Shown here in pieces: positions 10,501 through 20,701 of a DNA stretch of 64,000 nucleotides (positions within the stretch are counted from its first letter, which is position 1; each line of letters starts with the position of its first letter). A program made the translations under genes and the position numbers. The stretch spans positions 5,108 through 69,107 of the forward strand of contig JAUCBJ010000160.1 in the NCBI GenBank assembly GCA_032718475.1, given 5' to 3'. The notes under the pieces were generated by a model, which ran no database searches, was not told where the DNA came from, and saw only the letters and a list, made by a program, of their open reading frames with translations. The stretch comes from Nemertoderma westbladi. Taxonomy: Eukaryota; Animalia; Xenacoelomorpha.

Positions 10501-11284
10501 AGGATATATCTCCGCTATGCCCCAATATGACGAACTTATCGAGGTTGTTGATATTTTGCCCCACGACAGCGGATTCCGAGTGGTGCGCGAGTATCTGTTA
10601 CAGATTCACCCGGATAACAAAAACACGTGGAATTTTCAGAAAGTCGTAAATCGTATCACGTATGGTGAATTTGATCGTTTCCGAACCGAAAAGCGGAATA
10701 AAGGAGCTTGGTTAACCGTCGCATGGGCGTACCGAGCCGCGTTTTACCATAAACGTATACGAGCGAGCGTATTCGAGGAAGAAGAGGTCCTAGAGGCGAC
10801 GAATATATCAGCCACTCCGGTTGCGCCGTCTGCACGTCACCCTCGGGAGGACGGACAGGGTAGGATCATACGGGTCCAGAAAGTGGGCCAACAATTGAAG
10901 AAAATTATTAATGTGGAAGAACGCAAGGGAGTTGAGCCGACTATTCGAGTTACTCGGGATACGGTATCACTTCCAAGAGAACCGGTAGGAGGATCGGGAC
11001 ATACACCAGCTGATCAACAGGGGGCGCAAGCTACTCTTGGGTCTGCGTCGTCCGCTTCTCACGCGTTCCCAGACGTTCTACCGACTGTAGTGACGACTGA
11101 TCGGTCACGAGGAATTGGTCGAGGTTTTGGGATGCCAAATAGACGAATTTGTGAGGAAATAGTCGCACCGTCTCTTAACGTCCCAAGTAAACCAGTGACT
11201 CGCCCCACAAGTCCCATATCGCGAGCAAAGTCACCTGTGCGCAGTTTTCGAGGACGCGGCAGGGCTCGATCCACTAAGCGATAA
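7559..11284 (+). CDS. Retrotransposon ORF2: DEDDy (WRN/Mut-7/EXD-like) 3'-5' exonuclease domain plus three CCHC zinc knuckles
   Basis: 1241-aa intact ORF. ExoI-like MFYDNEG (~8969), TIQI, LPKMVRNMILDKTVVKVGSGVREDL (ExoII-like, ~9170-9243), YVDT, ExoIII-like LQYYLAIE (~9545). Knuckles CSKCGVAGHHMAKC, CGWCGDQGSHTFYTC, CTYCNIKGHRASEC. Basic R/G-rich tail. Confidence 0.78.
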   Translation: MEKGIQGEPRWGYDIQEEAAAPFERFGAKDYTIFGIKELSESTAKLARTKYDSNVLKRRQNALNERIESLRQTFNELYPYDALCDTGDISEDPDTEISRLYHTMQYLKAHEPMPAVRDEFDGMHLYRRTRGDDRETKEAFSVYKLYYQCGSCMREQRNAIPMRLNKENPEPILARCSNHQQLRYQEGGYPLSNPYHSFAMTGPKAGETVIYPPKVVEPDVFELTLDEANQSTREKKEALSLYRAYKAFEKGEMEEWGGRLASLPCHWTSHDQTSAKEMTPEVFESINFAQNVIQRLQIASPERPREMQPYSTAATKPLSTTLNFPISIPVRQDTTYEIPIVDHPEIISNLEFLPAVVFSDMSKICDLRRHITQKVVNNVPPHIQDFKELDRAGADIAPSNLKGYLTKTIRLWIGIGTFESDTDIAADWRGKVIRFDEDKDIEKIWQPSEELLDEWTRTFRSFQENGYMFYDNEGGSHQQSLTSKTIQIRAADGVLHVFSRQRSDKRMPIPPANTKRHHLITDIVKKMDQACNIDARMLPKMVRNMILDKTVVKVGSGVREDLISDFAGMTDSDDRLPTPYVDTRPLILWSIEQGYFREYNTQKTGTGYISYLLFNWDYKEGKRNKYIETYGEGDTPDMSEFESQLKWRGCVYWAITSPPRAVLQYYLAIESSVNVCLIADIVSRTLKRHPLCLGEDHTFYMEGRIRTDVFRRFLEPFYNSDAQCNAFTRAGFSIFRDVYLRCAGSLIERPSMFTLLPYEGERIVEIMDESRQTRASIGHLGDDFNVTTTIADDPLEELLEIERNLPKKSQTEIRQLEATDAIVCLQPSETYQPIDPDDYDYSVGGSARPIGDLIYERVWYPANTMCSKCGVAGHHMAKCSGKHITTTQLICGWCGDQGSHTFYTCWRFMAQCTYCNIKGHRASECQLRDIPYEHESVKLVRKLFDEWEDLADEHVSAQRRRFPMRAHLGFWAVNPQTMMSEGYISAMPQYDELIEVVDILPHDSGFRVVREYLLQIHPDNKNTWNFQKVVNRITYGEFDRFRTEKRNKGAWLTVAWAYRAAFYHKRIRASVFEEEEVLEATNISATPVAPSARHPREDGQGRIIRVQKVGQQLKKIINVEERKGVEPTIRVTRDTVSLPREPVGGSGHTPADQQGAQATLGSASSASHAFPDVLPTVVTTDRSRGIGRGFGMPNRRICEEIVAPSLNVPSKPVTRPTSPISRAKSPVRSFRGRGRARSTKR

Positions 11285-11329
11285 AAGGGAGGGCAAGGGT
11301 GGACGGAAGACTCGTGGGCCTTTCTTATG

Positions 11330-11850
11330 ATTTGTGATTTATTTCGAATTATATGTTTTATATTTAGAAAATTTAGTAAACTTATATTTTATATTTGTGC
11401 TTATTTCGAACTTATGCAATTTGTATTGTTCCGAATTTATGAAATTTAGAAATAAGAACTCATATTTAGTAAACTTATATTTAGTAAGAATTTATATTTT
11501 ATATTTACGTGATTATTTCGAACTTATGCAATTTATATTATTCTGAACTTATGCAATTTATATTGTTCCGAATATTATGCAATTTATATCTTATAAGCAG
11601 TATTTGTACCTAAAGAGAAAGTTTTATAGACAGAAAAATTTGTGCTCAGAAAGACTCATATTTGTAATTATTCCAAAACTTATGCAATCTACATTTAGGT
11701 ACGAAAGTATTTGTAATTACTTGAATTTATGCAATATTTGAGATACAATAGTAGATGGAAGACTTGCGAGCCTTTCTTATTGTTTTCATTTATTTGTATT
11801 TGTAATTGTTTGAATTTATGCAATATCTGAGATGCAATAGATTTATATTG
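11330..11850 (+). repeat. Degenerate AT-rich repeats (GAACTTATGCAATTT core) in retrotransposon 3' UTR
   Basis: Repeated TTCGAACTTATGCAATTT / GAATTTATGCAATAT units. Confidence 0.75.
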
Positions 11851-12073
11851 GTGAATTTAATTTAGATTTATATTGTACTTACTTAGTAAAGCCATAAATA
11901 CGTAAAGTTTGAATTTGTAATTATTTTTGTATCGAATCATTACGTAAAAAGGAAGTATTGTTTGAAATTTAATTGTAAATATGTAAGTACGCCCTAAGTA
12001 TTCCATAGTTTGATTGATTATTGGTGAAAACCGTATATTTTATGCACGATAATATCCTGTTTTCATGGAGCGG

Positions 12074-12684
12074 TATAGAATTATATTCCCTAAATGCCGT
12101 GGATTTTCAAAATTTTATTTTATTCGAATTAACTTTGTAAAGATTGCTTTGAGTTCTCATTAGTATTGGTTCTATCTATCGTGTATCTATCGGTCAAGTG
12201 GTTCAGTAGCTCAGTTGGTAGAGCGTTGGAAATTATATGTGTAGTAGGTATCGAGTTCGAATCCTAGTAAGTGCGAATTATTTTTTGTGCAGAATTTCAA
12301 CTCATTTAAATTAACCGCTACAAATTAATTGCATTTGTCTGTACCAATAAGGCTGTAGTTATTTGATTGTAACCAATGTCGTGCAAGTTATATATTAGCT
12401 GGACCAATAAGCTATCTTTAAAACCTTGTTAGAATCTATAGAACAATCGAGAATTTTCTCGATTGATTGCGGCACAAATTTGGTATAAAAAGGTGCGATT
12501 TCGTTCATTAATCTAATCTCTACTTACACTACTACTACTTTAGTATTCACTTTATTATCTTATCAATATTCTGTCGTGCTTAGTTTATTCTCAGATTACA
12601 TTGTATTATAATTGTATCTTCTGTAATAAAGTCAGAATATTCTCTCAGCTTTTCTGTTTTACTATGAATTCACTACGGTGAACA
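12074..12684 (+). repeat. Putative 3' LTR of the BEL element
   Basis: Purine tract GGAGCGG at 12067, TATAAAA at ~12485, AATAAA at ~12625, end ...GGTGAACA. The start could alternatively be TGTT at 12058. The 5' LTR is not in the window for comparison. Confidence 0.55.
12200..12286 (+). ncRNA. tRNA-derived Pol III-type unit inside putative LTR (not a functional tRNA)
   Basis: A box/D-arm TAGCTCAGTTGGTAGAGC, B box GAGTTCGAATCC (12253-12264), T6 run at 12281-12286; anticodon arm does not pair. Confidence 0.6.
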
Positions 12685-13999
12685 AACTCAGGGACAGGAT
12701 GGCCGGCTAGAGATCGGGCCGCAGCAATGAACGGGAACATCACGGGAATGTAGACGAGAGACAACCCGCAATACCATTTAAAGTTATTCGCCCATCGCCT
12801 GAAAGGTTAGACAGCGTTCGATCCTTGCTACCTAAGTATAAGACCAAAAGATCAAAGGTAGACGTAGTGACACGCTGCAAGCCTAAAATTACATCATAGG
12901 GACTGTACTGTCTTGATTCAGGGAAAACCGCAGTAGACCTTCATATTCCTACGGGGGGGAGGGAGAGAGAGCAGATACTAGTACGCAGATAGGACGTAGG
13001 CACACCGGTACAAGGCATACACATTGGTTAGGGTGCAGCGAACTGTACGCTTAACTCTTGCTAAGTACAGGTGTGTGTGCGACTATTTACCGTACAACGG
13101 TGTCCGTTACATCAGAACTTGTAGGCTAGGGGGGTTGCTGTGTTTTCACCTGAATGGGGATTGTACCGTTCAGGCGGTAGGGCAGTTTACGCTAGGCGCA
13201 AATAAATTGAGGCTATCAGGGATATACTAACATCTACCGTGTCCCCGCCAACGCCCTAATAGGAAGTTACCTGGACTACCTGGGTGACTAAAATTCTAGA
13301 TAGGAGCCAGGATAGCTATTAGTACCCGTACGCCTACAGTAGTAAACTAACACATCTCTTCTTAGTATCAGGGACCTGGTACCTAAAATTGCCGAATTCT
13401 GGGCGTAGTATTAACCTTATGCCTGAATTTGAGTCCTGGAAATACGCAAGAGGGGAAGGAACCTTATCATTCGTGAGTATTGGACCTACAAGTTACAAAA
13501 TTAGAATATTCGTAAAATGCACACCGTACCCAGTAATTATATATGTGAAGGAGCAAAACTGCTTTTGACCGTTCAGAATTAACACGCGCGTTAGAAATTA
13601 TTTACACCTCAAAATATATAAAATTAACTTTCGTCCTTACTGCACTTTGCTCGCTAGTTAGACATCTCCAAATATCTGCCTCTATACCTAGCTAGCGTCC
13701 CTTTGCCCAACCATATAAATCACACCGCGGCAAAGTATACGAGCCCCTTAGTCCGTCAGTGAGTCAGCCTGATTTTAGGATTCGCTGCGCGGGATTTGTT
13801 TTATCGAAGTTTGTCTGCTCGTAGACTGTTTTCTGCCTCACCGGTTAAAAGAGATCGATACTGCAATATATTCGCTTACTTAGGGTTTACTGTTTTGGTG
13901 AGAAGGTCGGATTTATGATTTGATTTACAAACTTTACAGTAGGATATTGCAGGTATTGTTACCGTCTCTTCCGATAGTAGGAATAGGCGTATCTCTCCA
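12685..13999 (+). mobile_element. Possible unrelated LTR-like fragment into which the BEL element inserted
   Basis: More GC-rich non-coding segment with TATAAAT (~13714) followed by TCAGT ~40 bp downstream, ending ...CTCCA. No partner copy seen. Confidence 0.25.
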
Positions 14000-14119
14000 A
14001 TTTAATTTATCTCTTTAACTGTGCAACTACTGTGTATATTACTTTACCTGTGTAACAATTTCTCTCTGTATTTTTGTAACTAATTATCTCCTTACCTGTG
14101 TAACTATATCACTGCTTAC

Positions 14120-14268
14120 CTGTGTAAATATTCCTTTCGTTGTTGGCTCCATTGTAGTTGTTGTAATAGGTGTGCCACCGTAAGTTTGGGGTGCTTCAGC
14201 TGTTGATGTTGCCTCATTTAGCACAGCAGCAACATTAGATATAAACTGACTGGCATTACGAACACTCC
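14120..14268 (-). CDS. Polycystin-1/REJ-like gene, internal exon (4th visible)
   Basis: Acceptor tttttgatatgttatag, donor CAG|GTAAGC, phase 1 to 0. Encodes GSVRNASQFISNVAAVLNEATSTAEAPQTYGGTPITTTTMEPTTKGIFTQ, resembling the helical segment after the REJ domain. Confidence 0.7.
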
Positions 14269-14285
14269 CTATAACATATCAAAAA

Positions 14286-16420
14286 GACTTAGTCTGCGTG
14301 CTAGCAGAACAACGAAATCTGCCTTGCCGCGGCATGACTGGTCCTCTCTGTTGCAACAGCCAAGTGTGAGATCCAGCTTCACACTACAGCTGAGCAACAG
14401 GTATGAGGCAGATGCGGCAGATCACTGTGAGGGCTATACTGCCTTTACAGAAGCAGTTAAGTTAGCAGCTGCAGAAACAGTTCCTGTATACCCTCGAAAC
14501 AGGAAAAGGGCCCCCTGGACTGACAACAAAATTCAGAAGTGCCGAAATGACCTTCATAAGGCGCAGAAAGAGTCCCGACTCAAACAGACTACAGCGGCCA
14601 AGAATGCAGTTAAGGCTGCATCTAGGTCCCTGAACAGGCAGTACTCTGCTAATCTACAGGAGGTAATAAACCAACAGGTTGATGCCATCAATGATGCTGA
14701 CGACAGCAGGCAATCAATGGTTGGAAAGCCCACTTTGAAAAGCTCCTCAATAATGACAGGGTATTGCCTGATAACTTTATAGAAGTAAAAGTGTCTGAGT
14801 CTGTACTCCCAGATATTCCCATTGGCGATGTCTCCTTTGCAGAAGTGAAGGCTGCTGCAAAGAGCATTAAGACCAATCGTGCCAGTGGAGTAGATGGTGT
14901 TCCCCCTGAGGTCTTTAAAATACTTGAGTGTTTAAAGCTCATCTATCGCATCATAGTAGACATGTACCGAACAACAAGAGTCCCACAAGAAATGAAAACA
15001 AATAAGTTGGTGCCAGTTCCCAAGAAGGGCAACCTAACACTCTATGGTTCTTTTCGGGGAATCTCATTGATCTCGATTGCTGCAAAGCTATACAATAGGA
15101 TTCTATTAAATCGCATCAGGGATCCCATTGAGAGACTGCTCCGTGGAAATCAGAATGGGTTCCGTAAAGGTCGTGGAACCATGGAGCCCATTTTGGCACT
15201 TAGAAGGATAATTGAAGAGTTATCAAAAAAGAAAGACAGGCATCTGGCTGTTATCTTTGTTGACTTCTTCAAGGCCTTTGATTCAGTCTCTCGCTCACGT
15301 ATGTTCAGCATACTTTCATTATATTGGATTCCTGATGAAATTATTGCAGCAATCAGATCAGTATACGATGGTTCGACAACATTTGTGTCTACTGTTGACG
15401 GTGACACAGAACCATTTGAAGTGTTATGGGGCGTCCTCCAGGGAGACACACTTGCACCATTCTTGTTCATTATTGTGGTTGACTATGTTCTACGCATGTC
15501 CTTAGATCATTATAATGATGATGGGGTGATGATAACTCCACCTAATGGCTCCAGAAGTCGAGGAAATCCTGCCAAGTACCTAACTGATCTAGACTTTGCT
15601 GATGACTTAGGAGTACTCTCAGAATCATTAGAGGGAGCCCAACGGCTCCTCAGCTCATCAGAACATGCTGCTTCTAGTGTTGGTCTTTTTATTAACTCTA
15701 GAAAGACCAAAATTCTGAAAGTTAACTTTGAAAGTCCTCAGTAAGTCTCTGATCGGATGAGCATAAGCTCAAAGGATGGTATGCTTGAGCATGTGGACGA
15801 CTTCTGTTACCTGGGATCATGGATCCGGAAGTCAGGTGAGGACCTTCGAATACGTAAGGGAAAGGCATGGGCAGCCTTGAATAGGCTTTCCAGGATTTGG
15901 AAGTCACCGAGAATTAATCGGAAACTTAAGGTCCGATTATTTAGAGCAGCAGTAGTTCCAGTACTCCTCTACGGGAATCCATGCTGGGCTCTAACTGCTG
16001 AGGACACCAAATCTCTGGATGGCACATTCACAAGAATGCTACGCCGGGTACATTGTGTCAAGTACAATGCACACATCTCCAACCAGACTCTATATAACAT
16101 TGGAGGGGTCTCATTGGTTCCCCCAAGCTTGACACTAGAACAAAATCGCCTCCGCTTTGCAGGACATTGCTTTCGCCGTGAGGACCAGCCAGTGCTTAAT
16201 CTTGTACTTTGGCAGCCTCATGGAGTGAATAAGCATGGTGGACAGCCCATGACTTTCTTGAGACGCATCTTAAAGGACACTGGCCTTAAAGATGCGGATG
16301 ATCTAGCAAATGTCATGGGTGATAGGGAGTTGTGGCGGTGCAATTTCGTTGACAAGCCGGCACAGCATTCTTAAAAATGCAGCTGCAATGCAGCATGCCG
16401 ATCCTAGTAGTAGTAGTAGT
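14286..16420 (+). mobile_element. 5'-truncated RTE-clade LINE, copy 1 (frameshift and premature stop)
   Basis: RT motifs VPVPKKG, FRGISL, QNGFRKGR, FVDFFKAFDSV, GVLQGDTLAPFLF, LDFADD, FCYLGS, RLRFAGHC. (TAG)n tail. 15-bp TSD ATAACATATCAAAAA at 14271-14285 and 16421-16435. In-frame TAA at 15742. Confidence 0.93.
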
Positions 16421-17053
16421 ATAACATATCAAAAACGATGTAGAATACCGGTAGTATTAATATATTATATTATTTAAATATATATCTTATTTAAATGATC
16501 AAAGTTTTCATTTAAAAGTTAATTTTCTAAATGCTAAATCGTGTTGGCTAAAACTGTTTATTTTTCAAAAAGAAAGTAAAACTTTGTTGTCCAGCTCTTT
16601 AATCCGCCTTTTTGAGCTAATTAAATTAATAATTACTAACGTAGATCTGGAATAAATAATTCGAAATCAACAAAATAAATCTCTGGATCGTTGTTTGGAT
16701 ATAATTATTAATTTCTTGGAAGAAATATTATAACTTTTTTTCACTACACTCGAGGAATTTTATTACGGAACGCCAGTGAAGGGTCGAGAATGATTGAAAA
16801 AATATTCTATGATTTTTCTTATTCTTATTTTTTCCAAAATAATAAAAGTAATTTAAAAATAATTTTCCAAAGTAATACGTAATTTGAATCTTAAATTGGT
16901 ACTTTTTGTTGCTCAATTCTTTAATAAAATAATAGCGATATAGTGTTACAAAATAAATTGAACTGCGGTATTTTCCTATATTGCTTCCATAGTTACTGCG
17001 ATTCAAATTACTGTACTCTTCAACTCCTATAGTCAGGTCGCTTAGCAAGTTAA

Positions 17054-19950
17054 TGTGGACGTTTTGGACAAACTTCCCATAATTGGAATAGGTGTAGGTA
17101 ATTATCATACCTTTAATTTTTTAAGGGGAATCAACTTTGCAACATTATTTATCGGTCCCATCTTACCATGACAACAGGAGGTCATTTACAAAAGTCCACT
17201 TTCCAATAAACCTTCAGTCTTCTAACCTTAACCTACCCCCCATATATCAGCATCAGAGATTCCATTGACGTCATTTGTAAAACCCGGTTGCCATGGCAAC
17301 TGTTTCAAAAATGAATTTCAAACGCCGATTTTCAGTAAATATCCGAAAAATATAAAACCATTGATTAATAATTTTTGCCCATTTGGAAAAATTATCTAAC
17401 ATTATAAATATATTATCCCTGAGACCCTCTTGATTTCTAGTAGTGGATCAATTTAAATGGACCTGTGGTAGTCATGTAACCATGGTCACAAGTCACTAAA
17501 TATACTCTGCCAAATGTAATATAGTTCCGAACTATCTAAAAAAAAATCAATTTTGGATCTAGTGTCTTACATGTTGCCAAGTCCAGACAATTACTTTCCG
17601 ACCATTCAAGTTTGTCTCTGTTGCCATGGTGACCGATAACATTTGGAATGTGGACAAAATATTGAATAAAACATGTTCAGTTTACTTCAACTTTGATCAT
17701 ATGCACATGTCTTAGTTCCTCATTACGCAGTAGAGGTCTATTACCACTAGAACAGTCAATATAGTTACCATAGCAACGGGTATGTTTCATTATTTATGCA
17801 CTTCCGCTTTCTTATTTTTTTATACATTTGGAAGATAATAATTTTCTTGATTTGCAAAATATATATCTGGGGTCTATCATAGCTATTTTTTAATTATACA
17901 TAATTACTCATGACCATAGCAACGGGAGATTTCCATCTTATACACTAATTGATAGGTGGAATTTCTCAAAATTTTGTGAAACGGAACGTTTTTGACAGCA
18001 ATAACAAGATTTTTTCTTAGAGTGTTACATATAGAGGCAATACATCCTTAGCAACAGCGATTTTTGCATAGCTACGAGGAATTTTGCTCTAATTTTGTAG
18101 ATTTTCGCGTAACTACGACGAATTTAGTATTTATCAAAGCAACGTAATGTTTATATAGCTAGATAACAATTAATAAATCTATTAAAGTTTTTCGCATTGA
18201 CATTTGCAAAGTTCTGTACACTTCCAATTTGCAATTTTGCAAGCACATCCATTGTCACACCCTTTCTTACTCTTGCAAGCACACTTCATTAATTCCTTTG
18301 GTTCCTATGCTTTGGAAGCAATTGGAAGTATATTCCAGACAGGATTCCAAGATTGTGTTTCATCATCAAGTGACCATTCGAAATTATCGCTGGTACACAT
18401 TGGTCACTCTTATCGCTGGTACACTACATTCCTGCCTGGTAGGGTTCACGGTGGAAAGGTTCACGGTGGAAAGGTTCACGGTGGAAAGGTTTACGGTTGT
18501 AATTTATTATAAGACCAGTGAATTACAACATGTGAACGAATTAAGGAAGGTCCAAAAAACTTTAATAGATTTATAAATTGTTATCTAGCTATATAAACAC
18601 CACGTTGCCCAATATACCAATACCAATAAATACCAAATTCCAATAAATACCAAATTCGTCGTAGTTATGCAAAAATCTACCAAATCAAAGCAAAATTCCT
18701 CGTAGCTATGCAAAAATCGCTATTGCTAAGGATGTATTGCCTCTCATATGTAACACTCTAAGAAAAAACTTGTTATTGCTGTCAAAAACGCTCCGTTGCT
18801 AAGATATGTTCCAGGTAGCTATGGTAAATTCGTCGTTGCAATGTAAAACGTACCGTCGCTATGCAAAATCCGCCGTTGCTATGGAAAGCATTATACTGAT
18901 GCAGGAAACTTGTTTTTGCTTTGAATACCATATGAAATACTTTATGGTTGCTATGGAAAACCTATGTTGCTATGCAAGTATAGTAAGCAAACATAAATTA
19001 ATTTTGAAATTTTTGTCCATAATATGTTTCTATATACATTTTGAGAAATTCCACTTATCAATTAGTGTATAAGAGGAAAATCTCCCGTTGCTATAGTCAT
19101 GAGTAATTATGTATATTTAAAAAATAGCTATGATAGACCCCAGATATATAATTTGCAAATCAAGAAAATTATTACCTTCTAAATATGAAAAAATAAGAAA
19201 GCGGAAGTGCATAAATAATGAAACATATCCGTTGCTATGGTAACTATATTGACTGTTCTAGTGGTCATAGACCTCTACTGTGTAATTAGGAATTAAGACA
19301 TGTGCATATGATCAAAGTTGAAGTAAACTGAACATGTTTTATTCAATATTTTGTCTACATTCCAAATGTTATCGGTCACCATGGCAACAGAGACAAACTT
19401 GAATGGTCGGAAAGTAATTGTCTGGACTTGGCAACATGTAAGACACAAGATCCAAAATTGAATTTTTTTAGATAGTTTGGAACTATATTAAATTTGGCAG
19501 AGTTTATTTTGTGACTTGTGACCATGGTTACATGACTACCACAGGTCCATTTAAGTGGTCCACTACTAGAAATCAAGAGGGTCTCAGTGACAATATTTAT
19601 AATGTTAGATGATTTTTCCAAATGGGGAACAATTATTAATCAATGGTTTTATATTTTTCAGATATTTACTGAAAATCGGCGTTTGAAATTCATTTTTGAA
19701 ACAGTTGCCATGGCAGCCGGGATTTACAAAAGACGTCAATGGAATCTCTGATGCTGATATAAGTGGGGTAGGTCAAGGTTAGAAGACTGAAGGTTTATTG
19801 GAAAGTGGACTTTTGTAAATGACCTCATGTTGTCATGGTAATATGGGACCGATAAATCATGTTGCAAAGTTGGTTCCCCTTAAAAAATTAAAGGTATGTT
19901 AATTACCTACACCTATTCCAATTATGGGAAGTTTGTCCAGAACGTCCACA
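17054..19950. mobile_element. Non-autonomous foldback/MITE-like DNA transposon with ~1.1-kb inverted arms, TTAA-flanked
   Basis: 17054-18192 is the reverse complement of 18555-19950; the right arm has ~240 extra bp. TTAA at 17050-17053 and 19951-19954. No transposase ORF. Confidence 0.88.
18443..18497 (+). repeat. 15-bp tandem repeat (GGTTCACGGTGGAAA) in foldback spacer
   Basis: About 3.7 copies. Confidence 0.9.
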
Positions 19951-20479
19951 TTAACCTTATTTTTGATGTTAGCTGGTTAAGCGGGGTTAAGAGGTTAAGC
20001 AGCTTTACTCAATGTTAAATAATTTAGTGTTCTCGAAAATTTATTACGTAATAATTAGTGTGCCGCTTAGCTACAGAAACCAATATTGGATATTGAGTTC
20101 CGTTTTGGAGTTGGCCCCAACGCCTTGCAGACACGAACCCGATTTTGGGGTTTATTCGAATGAAAAAGTATAAGAATACGTAGAATAAGTAAAGATTAAG
20201 TAAATAAAGTAATAGAATAAAATGTTTTATTATCCGCAATTTTTGGGAGATTTATTGGGTAATTACTTTATTCTCCGTAAATAAGGACAGTAAAGCGGAT
20301 ATTTTAAAGAAAATTGTTTAATTAATTACTTGCTAGCTAGCTTCTATATAATAGTATCTCCACACGATTTATACGCGACCAATATCAAAAGAAATATAAA
20401 CAATTAATTATTCAATGACAATTAAAAATAGTGTTAGAGGTCGGATACTAGATAAAGTATGTCATCTTAACTGTCTTAC

Positions 20480-20597
20480 CTTCGTTCATTATTTTTGAGA
20501 AATTATTTGCAATTTGCTGGTCGAGAATATCTAGGAGACTATCCATTGCTTTAGCGGGGTCATCTGGAGAACTACCGTCGATTGTGGGTGAGGGAAC
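20480..20597 (-). CDS. Polycystin-1/REJ-like gene, internal exon (3rd visible)
   Basis: Acceptor ttgtag, donor G|GTAAGA, 118 bp, phase 0 to 1. Encodes VPSPTIDGSSPDDPAKAMDSLLDILDQQIANNFSKIMNE. Confidence 0.72.
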
Positions 20598-20701
20598 CTA
20601 CAACCAATATATTTGCTGAGTTAATTTTGATTCCGTTAGTTAACTGTAATTATATAGGGATGTTAATGATAGATTCTTTAGAGACATACAAATGGACGAT
20701 A

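Larger units (their letters stand above)
1..12684 (+). mobile_element. BEL/Pao LTR retrotransposon with an extra 3' ORF (5' end outside window)
   Basis: Gag-pol with BEL domain order PR-RT-RH-IN and triple CCHC Gag, then ORF2, an AT-rich 3' UTR and an LTR-like segment. A shared 20-nt motif occurs in gag-pol, the spacer, ORF2 and the 3' UTR, tying them into one element. The right boundary is approximate. Confidence 0.85.

Noticed and set aside
7559-11284. ORF2 as an env gene
   Set aside because: No evident signal peptide, furin/fusion segment or TM anchor; exonuclease and CCHC motifs instead.
12200-12275. Functional tRNA gene
   Set aside because: Anticodon and acceptor stems do not pair properly.
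16728-17108. 126-aa minus-strand ORF or candidate exon
   Set aside because: AT-rich, overlaps the foldback end, and has no convincing donor; exons 20480 and 14268 join in phase without it.
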